Shown: positions 36,724 to 49,682 of the stretch, in pieces | How positions within the stretch are numbered: position 1 is the stretch's first letter | Layout of the letters: each line of letters starts with the position of its first letter | Assembly: GCA_964199315.1 (NCBI GenBank) | Contig: OZ116698.1 | Span: 42,160,001-42,224,000, forward strand | Direction: 5' to 3' | Origin: Orbicella franksi | Taxonomy: Eukaryota | Length of the DNA stretch: 64,000 bases | The notes under the pieces: model-generated | Databases searched by the model: none | Told to the model about the DNA's origin: nothing | The model's input: the letters and a program-made list of their open reading frames with translations, nothing else | Translations under genes and position numbers: made by a program

Positions 36724-37128
36724 CTTGTAATTTTCGGACGTTAAAATTTCAGATGTTTAATTTTCGGACACTTTTCATCTCATTTCGGACAAAAATTTCG
36801 GACACTGTGATGAAACACAGCTGAAGTACATTTACGCCTATAAAACACGAATTACACTGAAACAGCATATTCGAAAATGATAGTTTTACTGCGCCCTTAC
36901 AGTTTTGAGATACACCGTGGACAAAATAGCACAAATTCTATCAATCCGTTACGAATCTCAAGCAGTGTCTCAATTAGAGTTCGCCTCATAAAGGAAACTA
37001 AGAGCTTTGGAGCTACTTAACAATTTTATACTGTGCTCTAAATATTTCGGACGCTTAAAAATTTCGGACGGTTTTATTTTAGGACACTTTGTATGTATGA
37101 AATTAAAATCGTCCGAATTTTTTCCAAG
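36724..37128. mobile_element. Tc1/mariner-pogo-type MITE with TTCGGAC subterminal repeats
   Basis: TA flanks; imperfect TIR CTTGTAATTTTCGGACG / CGTCCGAATTTTTTCCAAG; TTCGGAC occurs 6 times on + plus one inverted copy. Confidence 0.7.
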
Positions 37129-37675
37129 TAATGTACGCTAAACTTATTCCGCGTAGAAGACTAGAAAAGATGCAGAACGCTTCTTACATTAAAAATAACA
37201 TTTGTTTCCAACGTTACTTTCTTAACCTCTACGAATAAAAGCAAAAATGCAATAAAAAGAGAAGAAGTTTTATATTCACATTCATATGGTAACTGGGGTG
37301 TGTGATGCAGATAATGGTACGTGCTCAGCCTTAGGGTGATAATTCGATTTGACGCTTGGTAAAGGAGAGTGCATGTTGGAGACAAAGTGCTGGTTAGGGA
37401 AGGGCGCTTTTTTCTTTATTGTTATCACTGATGAATGTCTGTAGAAGACCGTTTTCGTAAGTCAGGAATGATTTTAGCAGCTCAGAGGGCTTACAGTGCT
37501 GTCATTGATATCATTGCCTGACAATAAAGATCATTGCCTCTTGTATTGGACAGTTAACATGGCCAATGACTAAAATCAACCATTGATAAATTGCGTTATT
37601 GCCGATCCAATAGAGCGGTTTTCATTTGAGTGTCGAACAGTTAACGATTGGGCTGAAAAACCCGCGGCTCTTACG

Positions 37676-38266
37676 CCTGGTCCTCATTTGAAGCGACGCA
37701 AACATAAGCATAAGCTAGGACGGTCGAACATAAGTATAAGCATAAGAATATCAAAACCTTGCGTCCTTCTTATGCTTGTGTTTATGTCGCTGTTGTGTCC
37801 AAAGGAGATATGTTGGCATAAGCTTAACATAAAGCATATTAACACATAAGCGAAAGACTTTCAGTCAATCAGCGAGCACTCTATGCTTAGGCCAACGTTT
37901 TCCTGAAGTGAAGTGAAAGACTTTATTTAATGAGGGTGACCCGTGACAGTAACTTAAGTTACTGATAAACTTGGGGCCCTCAGCTTAAAATAATTAGAAT
38001 GCTAAAAATATATTATTTACAATAAAATGCTAAAATACGATATTATTTACAATAAAATACTTAATTAAGTTACTATTAAAAATGGCTACAAATAATAAAC
38101 TGGACTTACAATTTCAAACATACTACGAACATACTTCCTCTTTAAATATAAGCATAAGCATAAGTGTAAGAGGAGCCCTCATGCTAATGCTTATGCCACA
38201 GCCGTCCCCCGGCCACTAGCACATAAACTTCTTATGCTTATGCTTGCATCGCAAGTTAGGACGAGG
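37676..38266. mobile_element. MITE with (ATAAGC)n arrays, interrupted by a LINE 3' fragment
   Basis: Ends CCTGGTCCT..GCGACGCAAACATAAGCATAAG / CTTATGCTTATGCTTGCATCGC..AGGACGAGG. Confidence 0.65.
37905..38140 (-). mobile_element. 3' UTR fragment of a CR1/L2-like LINE
   Basis: On minus strand ends ..GGTCACCCTCATTAAATAAAGTCT-(TTCAC)n, preceded by the palindrome CAGTAACTTAAGTTACTG. Clade assignment is inference. Confidence 0.45.
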
Positions 38267-39640
38267 GAGTACCGGGAGTTCGCCCACGCTTTCCCGCGCT
38301 TCGCGTCGCTAGATGTATGTACTTCGAGGTTTGATTGGTTCATTGGATTGTCTGTTTGCCTTGTGATTAGCTAGAGGGATTACTTTAGGTATTGGGCCTG
38401 ATAATGTTTCCTCGGCACAATTGTGCAATAAATCTCTTATTATTTAAGCTGCTTAGGATCACCGGACGTTTCTTTACAGACCACACTTCGCTTGATCCGA
38501 ATTGTCAAATTCATGGTTAATAGAAAATTATGTGTATACTTATTGGAATAGGAGCGCTTATCAGAATAGAGACACTTATTAACAAACGATACATTTCTTG
38601 GGCCGCTTTTTGGGTCAGGGTGCCAGATCGAATCTTACCGTAGCAGTTAAAAAACTTGAACCATTTCGATAGTTCGAAAGCAAACAACAAAATTTTGGGA
38701 TCATAGCATTCGCATAGTAACAAGTGATTTTATTTTTTGATGCTTGCTTAATAACCTATATCATCACACTAATTAGCGTTTACATTATTGCCAGGAAAGC
38801 CTAGTGGATAAACTAGCAATGCTACACGATATGATACCGGCAAAAAAGAGCAGACGATTTCGCTCAGTGCGTAATGGCGATAATTTTCAGTTTTCTCAAA
38901 AACGATTTTGTCGGATTCTAATCACTTCTGTTCAAACATTCACTCTCAGTAACTGCACTACAAAGAAATAAGCACACCCAAGGGACAGCAGTAAAATGCC
39001 AGCCTTTTCTCAGCTATTAAGTTACAAGTAATTAGTGGAATAAGCCATATAATCACTGTTTATTTTATACATGTAGATCCAAAATAGAGGGTTTCAACAA
39101 TAGCCCCCTACCGCGCTGCCTCTTGGGAGAAAGACACCGAGTTGCTAAGGTTGATAGCAACTTATATTTTTCCGGGTGAATCAGGAATGATAGACCGAAG
39201 CATGCCTCAGAAATAGCGACAAGCGAAAGTGTAACCGAGGTTAAACTTCCCCGGTGATTCATTCTTCGCTGCTCTGTATTTCCCTGCAGGTTTTTTTTGG
39301 TGGCAGAGGGAAGGATTCCTCAAAAGATCGACGAAATTTTCTACGTAAGCTCAAGCATATATTCTCTACGATTGCTCACCATGGACTCCTCGCTCAATGT
39401 ACATCCTATTTGTGGATTTTGGGAGGGTGCTTTGGAAATTCACGTACCGAAATAATGCGTGTTCTTCCTTTACAGTTATACCGTCAACTAAAGACCATCT
39501 AGTGTTAAAAAACCACTGGTCGAAACGAACGAAGCATCAACTAACCGCAGTCTCGCTCGTTGTGGAACACTCGATCGGATCGAACGTTCTTGGCGAATTT
39601 GTTTCCGGTGTTTACCCCGTTATTCTACAAGACTGAGAAT

Positions 39641-42600
39641 ATGACAGTAAAGTTTCGACGATCCTTTATGTGGCAACGAATGCATCGGCCTCGAACAAAG
39701 TGCCCTCATGTTTTCTTAGTGACCTCTGTGTTTCTTTGCAGCACGGCTATTCACTTCCTTACCGTATTTAACAGTGACACATCAGTAGCTAACGGCGATA
39801 ATACTGTTTACAGGCATCGATTTCTTCTCAGTGTCAATGAAAGCAAGAAGGGAAATTATCCCGATGATGTTTTCACGTTGGCGCAAAAGCGCAAAGGAGC
39901 TGTAATTTTGCATATTATTGGGATGTGTTATATGTTTTTGGCACTGTCCATCGCTTGTGATGAGTTCTTCATTCCCGCGTTGGCAATTATCACCGAAAAA
40001 TTAAATATTTCAGAAGATGTGGCCGGAGCTACGTTCATGGCCGCTGGCGGTAGTATGCCAGAACTTTGTACCTCTTTTATTGGAGTTTTTGCGGACCCTG
40101 ATTCGAATGTTGGCTTCGGAACCATTGTAGGTTCCGCTGTGTTCAATGTCTTGTTTGTTATTGGAATGTGCGCGGTGTTCTCGAAGGAAATCTTAAAACT
40201 GACATGGTGGCCCTTGTTTCGAGATTGTATGTTCTACAGCATAGCTCTGATCGTTTTAATCGTGTTCTTCACAGACGGAAAGATCGAGTGGTGGGAAGCG
40301 CTAATACTGATTATCACATACTTCTTGTATGTGACATTTATGAAATACAACCACAAAATTGAAAGATCGGTGAAAAGATTGCTTAAATCGAACAAAGTGA
40401 GCACTCTGGATTCGAAACAAGCCGAAGCAGCCAACATGCAAGATCCTTCTCTGGAGGTAGGTGAACACATTTTACTTTGGTGTTAAGGTGATAAGGGAAA
40501 CGAAGGTTTTTTTTTGAAAATTTTAAATGCATGATAAGTGTCAACAGTGCTTTAATTGAACCGCTTTCATGCTAAATTCGCTTCAGGAAACGGCGGGGGA
40601 TGCTGGCCGCTTCGAAGTAACATAAAACGCAGATTTTTAATCATTTAAAGAAACTTTTTCGTGACTTTGTCCGAAAAATCTTTCAATCGGTCAGTCGTGC
40701 ATGACGGCAGATGCCAATTTAATGAAGAATCTTCGTCACCCCTGAATATAAATGTACAGAAGTTGACGAGTTAGGTACTAAATTACCAGCGTTTTACATT
40801 TGTAGGCGAGTAAAGGGGCATGTGTTTAGAATTTATGTTACGTTCAAGTGAGTAGTGTGAACTTTTATTTTTTGTTTAAGAATGCCGTGTTGCTATCCCG
40901 AGGCAGTTTCAGCTATATATTTTAATATTAAACAAGAAGCTGGTACAATGGCTCGTGTACAAATATATTCGTAGACACGTACATAATAAATTCGTGCAAT
41001 TCGAATGAGCGTTATGCATGAGAGCACAAAGCGTAAAATGGAATTGTATTTGGCAGGTGCTATGCGCCTAAATTTGCTACAATGTGAGTCTTCTTATGTA
41101 ATCTCTGCACTTAAAAACAATTGGAAATTTCACGGGCAGGCTGTAGAGCTCCATCGCCGAAATGCTGTTAACTCGAGCATGTAAACAAGGATTTTCTAGT
41201 TATATCGTTAGGTGGGGTGTGCGTCAACAGTACGCAGGTCAGACGTGTTAATTAAGCTTGAAATGCAACAGGAGCTAATGATCAAACTCTATGTATAAAA
41301 GACACTTGAAATCAGTGATGAGAACAAGATCGAGTTGCACACACAAGCACAGCTGCAATCAACTCTTGGGTCTATCTGTTGAACTGATGACATGATACTG
41401 TCTGTAAAAGTGTTCTCTCTCGTGTTGACCTTCTTGTAATCCTCTTTGGATTAATCTGGCTAGAATTCTAAACAGGACAGCAAATAACGGGGAAAACTAA
41501 TTAAACCTCCTTTTGCATGTAAAACTGCTTTTTCAGGATCTCATCAAGTTCTATTTTTGATCAGAATTGTACTGTACATAATTTGTTCAAAGATAAGTGA
41601 TAAATATGTGTTAATATATTTGATGTTTCAAGCTTTTTATGATCATGAATGGATTTTAATTCACTTGACTCAAGGGTGGTACCCAAGCTCTTGATAATTT
41701 TTCTGTAATTATGTTTACTACCAGACAGCAAGTTTGAATGGTCTTCTCAACAACCAAGTGAATCTTAGCTTAAATAAGCAGTGCTAAAATGGTACACAGA
41801 ATCTGGGATACTGTCAATGATAAATCTGTAACATAAAAGTAAAACTGAGTAGAGGTTAGCCTTTAATTTCCGCTGCACGTTGTTCTTTCATACAGCATGC
41901 AAGCCCTTGTACACTGTATTTACTTAAATGCTTGATTCTGTTTATTCAAGTTTTAATGAAATCTTTCTTTAATTAAATTCAGGAATCGAAAAGTGAGCCA
42001 TTTTGGGCCAGTTATGAACTATCAAGTACTGATGTATACTTTTGTACTCCTTTTTTACAAACTGCACTGCCTTAGAAAGTTTGTACTACAATCCTTCAGG
42101 ATTATTAAAACTACTCAATGAATATGTTTGATTAGTTACCAAGAAAATAGGCTTTTGGTCATTTTGAAAAGATCATACTGTGTGAAAAAGTTGAAATGAC
42201 TGAAATCAAGAGAGCTTGTGTGCTTGTGGCCAAATTCTAACCAAGCATTACTAAATTATTATAAAATGCAGTTCAAATCCATATCCACCACATGGAAAGT
42301 CATTGAAAATTCTGATGTTGGCAGAGAGGATGGAGCTCAAAGCCTTATTTTTTTCACAAAATTATGAATGTCAGAGTTCAAATAAAACAACCCTTTCATG
42401 GGAAAGGAAGTATGGATATTTCCTGAAGTAACAGAATTTATTGCTTTTTGTAGGAAAGATTAAATTTGACCCAGCTGAGTGGGTTAATGAACAGAACTTC
42501 ATTTTATACTAATACTCATATTTAATGACTCTTTGTCACTTGTATTGAACTGAATGAATATGATAATTTGGTTTCCACCTGGTGAAAAGTTTCATTTGTA

Positions 42601-45600
42601 AAGTCCTAGCCTTTCATTGTATGAATTACCACCAGAAATTACAGGAAATTAAAAGATGTGAATTTGTGTATTTAAGGACGGTGCCTACTAAATACAAAGG
42701 TTTTTGTGCCAGGCTAGGACTATGCGGAAAAAGTACATCTTGGCAAGGGCTATTAGAATCCAGAAAGAAAACTGGGCGTAGCCACGCATTTTTTCAAGAT
42801 AATTAGCCTTGAATTTCAACAAAAATGCTGACATCAGCATTTTTCTGAGAAAAGAAGAAAAAGATATTTCTTCACAGATTTCCTTAGAATTCGCCTTTAC
42901 ATGCAGAAAAGCAAACATGTTTATAAAGATCTTAAAACTGCATGGTAAATGGCAACATAAAAACCATTTTTGATATATTTTTAATAACAAAATCGTTGCA
43001 ACAGCGTCTTAAGCGTCTCTGACAGCCTTCCTCGGGTTCAGCTAAAATACAGGCTAAACACCTTTTGTTCACAACCACAAACTAATCACGTGTTGAATAG
43101 GCTTGCCACTTCCATTTCATAACATAAAATGTAGGGGTAGCCACGTGTTTTTTAAAGTTATTGATCTTTTTTGAAAACTTTTATGGTGCCCATTACATTT
43201 TTTCCTGTGACCTCCCCAGTAGGTAAAACAATTGCGTATCTCGCACTTGTTTTGCGCACGCACTACGCCATCTGCAGGTACATGTTTACAGTTGAATTTC
43301 AGGATAATTTTCAACAGATAACAGCTAGTTTTTCAGCTGGAAGACTTTATCAGTTAATGCATAGTGATATGCTACTATTCTGGAATTCCTGGTTCAACTA
43401 CAAGTTCATTAAACTTGATTTGGTCACGGTACAAAAATTTTGTTTTCAATTTAGTCGTGTGCTAGGTAGCGTAGTTGATTGCGTCACTGTTCACCCTAGC
43501 ACATGCGTGGCGCTTAAACCATGCCTTGCGTGATGTGCAGAACATGTGCGCACTAACAAAAGTAGGCACCGTCCTTAATACAGAGACCCAAACTAAAATT
43601 ATGTTACGTCTAATCAGTGCATAAGATTAAATTAATATCTCTTAGATATTCATTAGCACATCATAATGTGAACTCCATGTTTGAAAACAAGTTTAGTAAT
43701 TTCAGTTAACCGCACAAAGTATCTGTCAATAGTAACTTGTGAGGTATTACTAGATGTAATATTTTTAGTAAGGATTTTTCCTGAAATATTTAAATCAAAC
43801 AGAAAGCAGTGGAAAACCTTTGTACATCATCCAAACAGAACAATGGTCTTCCTTGCTTCCGCCATGGAGCACTTCAACTTGTTATTCACACTATGGATCC
43901 TCTTGGAGAAGGTGAGTAAAGCGTTATCAACTTATTACATCTCTCTTAAATGTAAGTTTTTGAATATTCTTAGAACTTACATTAAAGTAAATTATATTCA
44001 GGGGTATCATTAAGGGCGAGTAGCCTACCAAAACAACTGGTTAATCAGCCATCTTTGGCCAGGTGCTGTCAACTCTTTTTACCATTACTACTGATGAAAA
44101 GTGTTATTGGTAGTAACATTCCATTGAAGACCCTTGTGAAGCATCCTTTTCCTAGTTTTGAAGCTGTAATTAATGCATATTTTTAATTAACAGATTTAGA
44201 TGTGTGAATCGATTCAGCATCCATAGTTTACTTGATGTTTGTGCAAATATGTCATGGAATGCCAGGAACATTGTCATTGAATAGGTTCCAGTCTTATGTA
44301 TGATCCACTGAAAAAAACTTGGCATCTGCACAGCTGTTGAGACTCTATACCAAATTTATTATAAATCTCTATCTCAAGTACTTTCCTGGCAGCTGTGGTG
44401 GACAAAATATTTTTTCTTTATTCTGTCATTCTGTTCTGATTAACAGCTTCCATTGCAGTGAAAATAAACAAGTTAAAGAGACTCAGATGTCTTAAAGTCA
44501 AAGTTGGTATGGAAAGAGACCCTGGTCTTGTGCATGGGAATCAAGACGTTTATAAAAACATGGATGATGGCCACAGACAGTTTCATTTATCCGTTATAAA
44601 CAATGATGAAAGGACAGATTCAACTTCAACGGCATCATTTCATAATTGCGTTAATGACTCCTCTCTTTCAGGGAACAACTTTACTTCTATCAATGACTCA
44701 TATAATAAAGGAGTTGTGGACAACTCTTCTAGAAACTCTAGTTTGGTAAATGGAGGCACACTGTTTCCTCTTGTACAAATTGCTCCTCATGAGAATGGAG
44801 CTGTCCACGTACCTGGTGGAGTACCTGAAAATTGTGAGCGAAGTAATAATGCTTATAGAACTTCAACAGAGTCGCAAGGCTCTCAAACAACTATGCTACC
44901 ACATTCTTCACATCAACAATTAGTAGACGTTGAAAGTGCCAAGGAAGCATGTGTAAGTATGAATAGTTTATCTGTTTCCTTGTCGAGGAGTATTAACTTT
45001 AATAGCAACATGCATCTGGTATAGTAGTGATGCTTTAGGAACGAGTCTCACTCCTGTGGTCAAAACATGTCAACTTCATGCATTCGCCCACTCATTCCCA
45101 TAGATGTGGAGGCAGTGTGGCCAAGTGGTTATGGTACCAGACTTGAAATCCTGAGGTCACAGGTTCAAGTTCCGCTCTGATTTCTTAGCTGGAGTTGTTT
45201 CTCAGTAGACCTTAGTCCAACTCCTCGGTCATGCTTGTTAATAACCAACTGGTCTGCCTCCTGCCAGTTGGGATTTTAAGCCTATTATGTTTAGTTGATA
45301 TCTTTGTTTCATTCAGTTTAAGTGACATGCCTGTGAACTGGCTAGGTGTAGCTAAGTGCATTGACCATTGTAAACAACAACATTTGAACATTTGACTAGT
45401 ATCTCACACCTGGCTGATAAGTCTGGGTGATTACGACCTTAAATGACATTTTTCTGAAAAACATATAAATGCAAACCAGTACATTAACAGAAAAGTCCTA
45501 CAGCTGTACAAGTAAATGACTGTATTCCCCCTAATACTGAAATTTTTAAGGGAAAGGTACTGGTGATTATGTACTGTGTGGGAATATACATTATGATCAT

Positions 45601-48590
45601 AACATCTTTGCAAATCTTTGGAATGTCCTTGGAAATTTTCTAGCATTTTCCGATTTGGTTGAGTTGTCTTTGAAAAACCTGATACTCCAAGGAGAAATAT
45701 CTCATGTCTTAGACTTCTGTATCTTGGAGAATCACAGATAATCTTCTTGTAATATGGTTGGCAGGTAGGACCCAGGAGAATAATCCTCCCCCAATGAAAG
45801 AAACAATCGAACAAGAGAAGCAAGCTTTACCCAGGAAATTATTTGAAACCCCCTAGCAAGTTTGATGTTTACTCCAGAATTTTGATGTCTTCAAAAAACA
45901 GTGTCTTATCAAAGGGCACATGACTGTTTATTTCCTCCACTAAATGCTGTTGTTTCTGTTTGAAGCTTGAAGATGAAAGTGAACCTATAGACTTAAGTTG
46001 GCCATCAGGCTGGAAAGATCGACTGGTATACCTCATCAGAGCTCCTATTATGTATTGCATGTATTTTACAGCACTGGACATCAAGAGACCAGTAAGTCAA
46101 TTTAAGTCTGCATTAGGCCAAGTGACCCATACTTTTGGAGCTTAGCCAGTTTCTTTACTATTAAGTGACTTAATACACCTGGCCAATGTTGAAAACAAAT
46201 TGTCTTGCCCAAGAACACATCACAGTGCCCAACCAGTCCAGGGCTCAATATTTATTGTTCAAGAAAGACTGGGTCCTATAATTGGTAAAAATCCCATTCA
46301 GGGAGTGGCATATGAATACTTTTTGTTGTTTTGTACGAGTTGGAAACCAGGAATAAGTATTGCTCTGATGGGCCACAAGGCTTCAATTCAAAGTTAACCT
46401 TATTACTTTAATATGACAAAGGTACATGTGAAGTCTGTTGGGCAGGGGGAGGGTTTGATGAGCGATGCAGAGGATTTGAACATCCTACTCTCTGTACTTT
46501 TGATTTATTGTCACCACTGGCACCACTGTGTTCTATTTCTATGGCAAAGTTATTTTACTCAATGCTGCAGATTTGTTTCACTTTTTTGCCCAGTTTCTCC
46601 AAAATTTGAATTCTGCTTCCAACCATTTAAATAAATAACATTGCTTAGAGAAAGAGCCACTTCAACCTTAGCTGGTTTTCAGGTGGGTACTCTATCCAGG
46701 TCGAACTGGAATTTGAAGATTTCAGTTTCTATGGAGGGAGGAAAGCCAGAGTACTGTACCTGGAGAAAAACCCTCAGAGCAAGGCGAGAACCAATAACAA
46801 ACTCAACCCACATATGGCACCAGGCTGGAATCGAACCTGGGCCACATTGGTGGGAGGTGAGCACTCTCACCACCGCACCATCCCTGCTTCCCACCCCAGT
46901 CTTCTGGACTCCCCCTCCCCCCCACCCCCAACAGGTCTGTAGCAAAGTTGGGAAAGGTATTGATAAAATCATTTTCTTTCTTTTAGGAAAGAAGACACTT
47001 GTATCCTTGGACATTCATTTGGTCAATGTTATGGATTGTTTGCTTTTCTTACTTAATGGTTTGGTGGGCAACAGAAGTTGGTGACACCCTTGGTATTCCT
47101 ACAGAGGTAGGCAAAACCTGAGCTTAATATATCTCTTTCAGTCCAAAACTCAATTAATGTAGTACAGTCAAACCTCTGGTTGTGACCACTTTGACCACCG
47201 AGCGCTTCTCCTCAGTGGCGAGTTTTCCAAAATACCAAAAGTCTTCAAGTCAAATGTGACAAATCACTATAACGGTTTTAAAATGATCTGTCTTTGTTTC
47301 TAGTTTTGATGTAATGTTTATTTGTTTCTTTACAGGTGATGGGCTTAACATTCTTAGCAGCTGGGACAAGTATTCCTGATCTTATTACCAGTGTTCTAGT
47401 AGCAAGGAAAGGCTTTGGTGACATGGCTGTGTCCAGTTCCATAGGGAGCAATTTGTTTGATGTCACAATAGGGTATGTGTGCAGTTTCCCTTGTACTTGT
47501 AAGAAGAATGGGAGGGGGTGTCCTGGGGGGTGTCCTGGGGGATGTCCCTAAAAGATACCATCACCAAGGACAATTGACTTAAGTTTATTATTTTGTCACT
47601 GAGTGTAGCATATTGTAGATTATTTTATTGATGAGTAATGGCCAGTCACATCCTTGACAAAAATAGTAATTACTTGGCCATTATTTCAGATCTACTTGTT
47701 TTTGGTTTACTTTGAAAATATAATCCAGCAAGACTACAATAATATGTGCCCACTCTTAAAGAGTTTGAAATACATGTAGAACACCCTAATTAAGGGGTAG
47801 AACACATTTGTGTGTATATTAAACAATGTAAAATGTATTGCATTTCTAGTTACAAATTGTAAATTTATATAATGTTGTAAGTTTATCATAAGAAGTGTAC
47901 TGTTTGTGTTGTACTGTAAAGGTATTTTGTATTTATTTATTTATTATTTTTTTAATGATAAGAAATTTTACAATACTCAACAGTACAACACAGTACAATA
48001 CATTACTTACAGTATTTGCAATACTGGTTACTTACAAACATACAATATATGGTATGGTGAGAGGAGTATTGTGAATATGTTGTAAATGTGTTGTACTATA
48101 ACAGTGTTAGAGTAGTAAAACGTGGAGTCCTCTGGGTCCAGTGGACTGAACATTAGTTATGTTGTGTTATTTTTCTTAAATTACAATCGAAAGTCATTAT
48201 GTAAGAAAATATGTATAAAAGGGAATATCAGAGGCTATCCCTATTGAGGATGTTCCCTACTTAAGAATATTTAATATACAATCTAATTATGTATTGCATA
48301 GTGATAACATAAGATTAACATACTGGTCTTGTTTTTCTCTGTGTAGATTACCTGTTCCATGGATAATTTTCAGTGCAGTACATAGCGGTACTGCTATGGT
48401 AGTTAGTAGCTCGGGACTGTTCTGTTCGGTCTTGTTACTCTTCTTAATGCTGATAGCTGTAGTTGCAGCAATTGCTATCAGCAAATGGAAGATGTCCAAA
48501 CTGCTTGGTGCCACCATGTTTGTGCTGTATGTCGTTTTTCTTGTCCTCTCGTTGCTGTTGCAGTACAATGAAATTAAGTGCCCATTTTAA
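39641..48590 (+). CDS. SLC24A: K+-dependent Na+/Ca2+ exchanger (NCKX, SLC24A family; NCKX1/2-Nckx30C-like), about 673-685 aa
   Basis: Exons: 39641-40456, 43803(or 43839; 43810 with microexon)-43911, 44447-44952, 45966-46091, 46987-47106, 47336-47472, 48347-48590(TAA); phase-consistent. Motifs: [42 protein letters not shown]; alpha-1 [28 protein letters not shown]; [12 protein letters not shown]; [16 protein letters not shown]; IDLSWP; FSYLMVWWA; alpha-2 [42 protein letters not shown]. Start codon and exon-2 acceptor are uncertain. Confidence 0.93.
42676..43574. mobile_element. Non-autonomous Kolobok-like DNA transposon in NCKX intron 1
   Basis: Perfect 14-bp TIR GGACGGTGCCTACT / AGTAGGCACCGTCC; TTAA TSD (42672-75, 43575-78); no transposase. 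Confidence 0.85.
45106..45375 (+). mobile_element. tRNA-derived SINE, third family
   Basis: A box TGGCCAAGTGG (45118-45128), B box GGTTCAAGTTCC (45162-45173), followed by a non-tRNA body. Confidence 0.75.
46640..46892 (-). mobile_element. tRNA-derived SINE, second family
   Basis: Reverse B box GGAATCGAACC; body GGAGAAAAACCCTCAGAGCAAGGCGAGAACCAATAACAAACTCAACCCACATATGGCACC. Explains ORFs 46641-47084(+) and 46679-47014(-). Confidence 0.75.
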
Positions 48591-49682
48591 AGGTGAGGTG
48601 TTGTTATTTACATAACTAATGACCTAGAAATCTTTTCATTCATTCATTCTGTTTATTTTGCCTTTTTACTTAATGTACAGTATTTATAAATATGTGAATG
48701 TGAGGCGATGTGACCTCTAGAAACCATCAGGCTTTTAGTTGAGGCCACCTCAGCTCGTATGTAACAATACGGTTACATAAATAGTGCAACAGTGTGCGGC
48801 TTTCTTCTAAACTTGCAGCCATCATGATCTACTTGAAAGGTCTAATCTTGATTTCAGGCCATGGTTCATGTTTCGTTTTTTGCCACAAAGTTCAGAGCTA
48901 GACTCTATTACTCTATTACTCTCTCTATTACTCCCTCAGAGAAGATTTTATTACTGATTCTTAATAACCAGGTTGAAACTCTAATATAGTATTTGTCTAG
49001 GTGATAGAAGACCAAGTGCAATCCTATAGCCATTATGCAGATTTTATCATGAGTTATAGGTAGCACACAATATGTCTATAAAATCTCTAATCTACATGTA
49101 TTTGTTGTTCTGCTAAAATTAAGAAGTAAGGAATAGTTGTTTTTTAGTGGTTTGGCAGGTTGTAGAATTTAAGTATGGTGGTGGAAATTACATATAAATA
49201 GTGTGTGGCGTTCTCTGTGTATTTCTTAGCATTTAATTTTGAATTAATCTTTGTTTTTTTCCCTATGCAGATAGCATGTGTTAATGGAGTGGTTCTGCAG
49301 TATTTGTTACATCAAGCATTATAATGATGAAAATATATTTGACATGACACAACAGTATGTGCAGCAAGGACATATTCTGAACTGCTTGTCCCATTAAAGG
49401 AGATCACCTAGCTCAGGGGAGGTGTACGTCTGTCCACCTTACTGCCCAGTGTTCATTACTACTAGAAGTTGAACTGTACAGAGAAGCTTACCAGTCATCA
49501 TAACGAAGGGAGACAAAATAACAAATGACTTGTAATTCACCATACTAAGTTTTGTATCCATGCATGTACATGTATTTAAATTTCTGAGGATATATTTCTG
49601 GCAAAGACACTGCTGATACCTTTCTTGTACATATATATATATATTTATTTTGTTCACCTTGCCCAGTGATATGTGTACTGAA

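Noticed and set aside
39560-39640. ORF-track start at 39560 for NCKX
   Set aside because: That codon is GTG and lies in the leader; the first in-frame ATG is 39641.
42582-43533. Transposase within the Kolobok-like element
   Set aside because: ORFs are short, scattered across frames and lack DDE or other catalytic motifs; the element is non-autonomous.
43681-44013. 110-aa ORF as the NCKX exon frame
   Set aside because: The conserved [16 protein letters not shown] motif is in a different frame; this ORF is incidental.
45106-45180. tRNA gene
   Set aside because: A and B boxes are present, but there is no acceptor-stem closure and it continues into a SINE body.
47514-47548. GGGGTGTCCT x3 encoding [11 protein letters not shown]
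   Set aside because: Short intronic tandem repeat after the donor at 47473; not coding.
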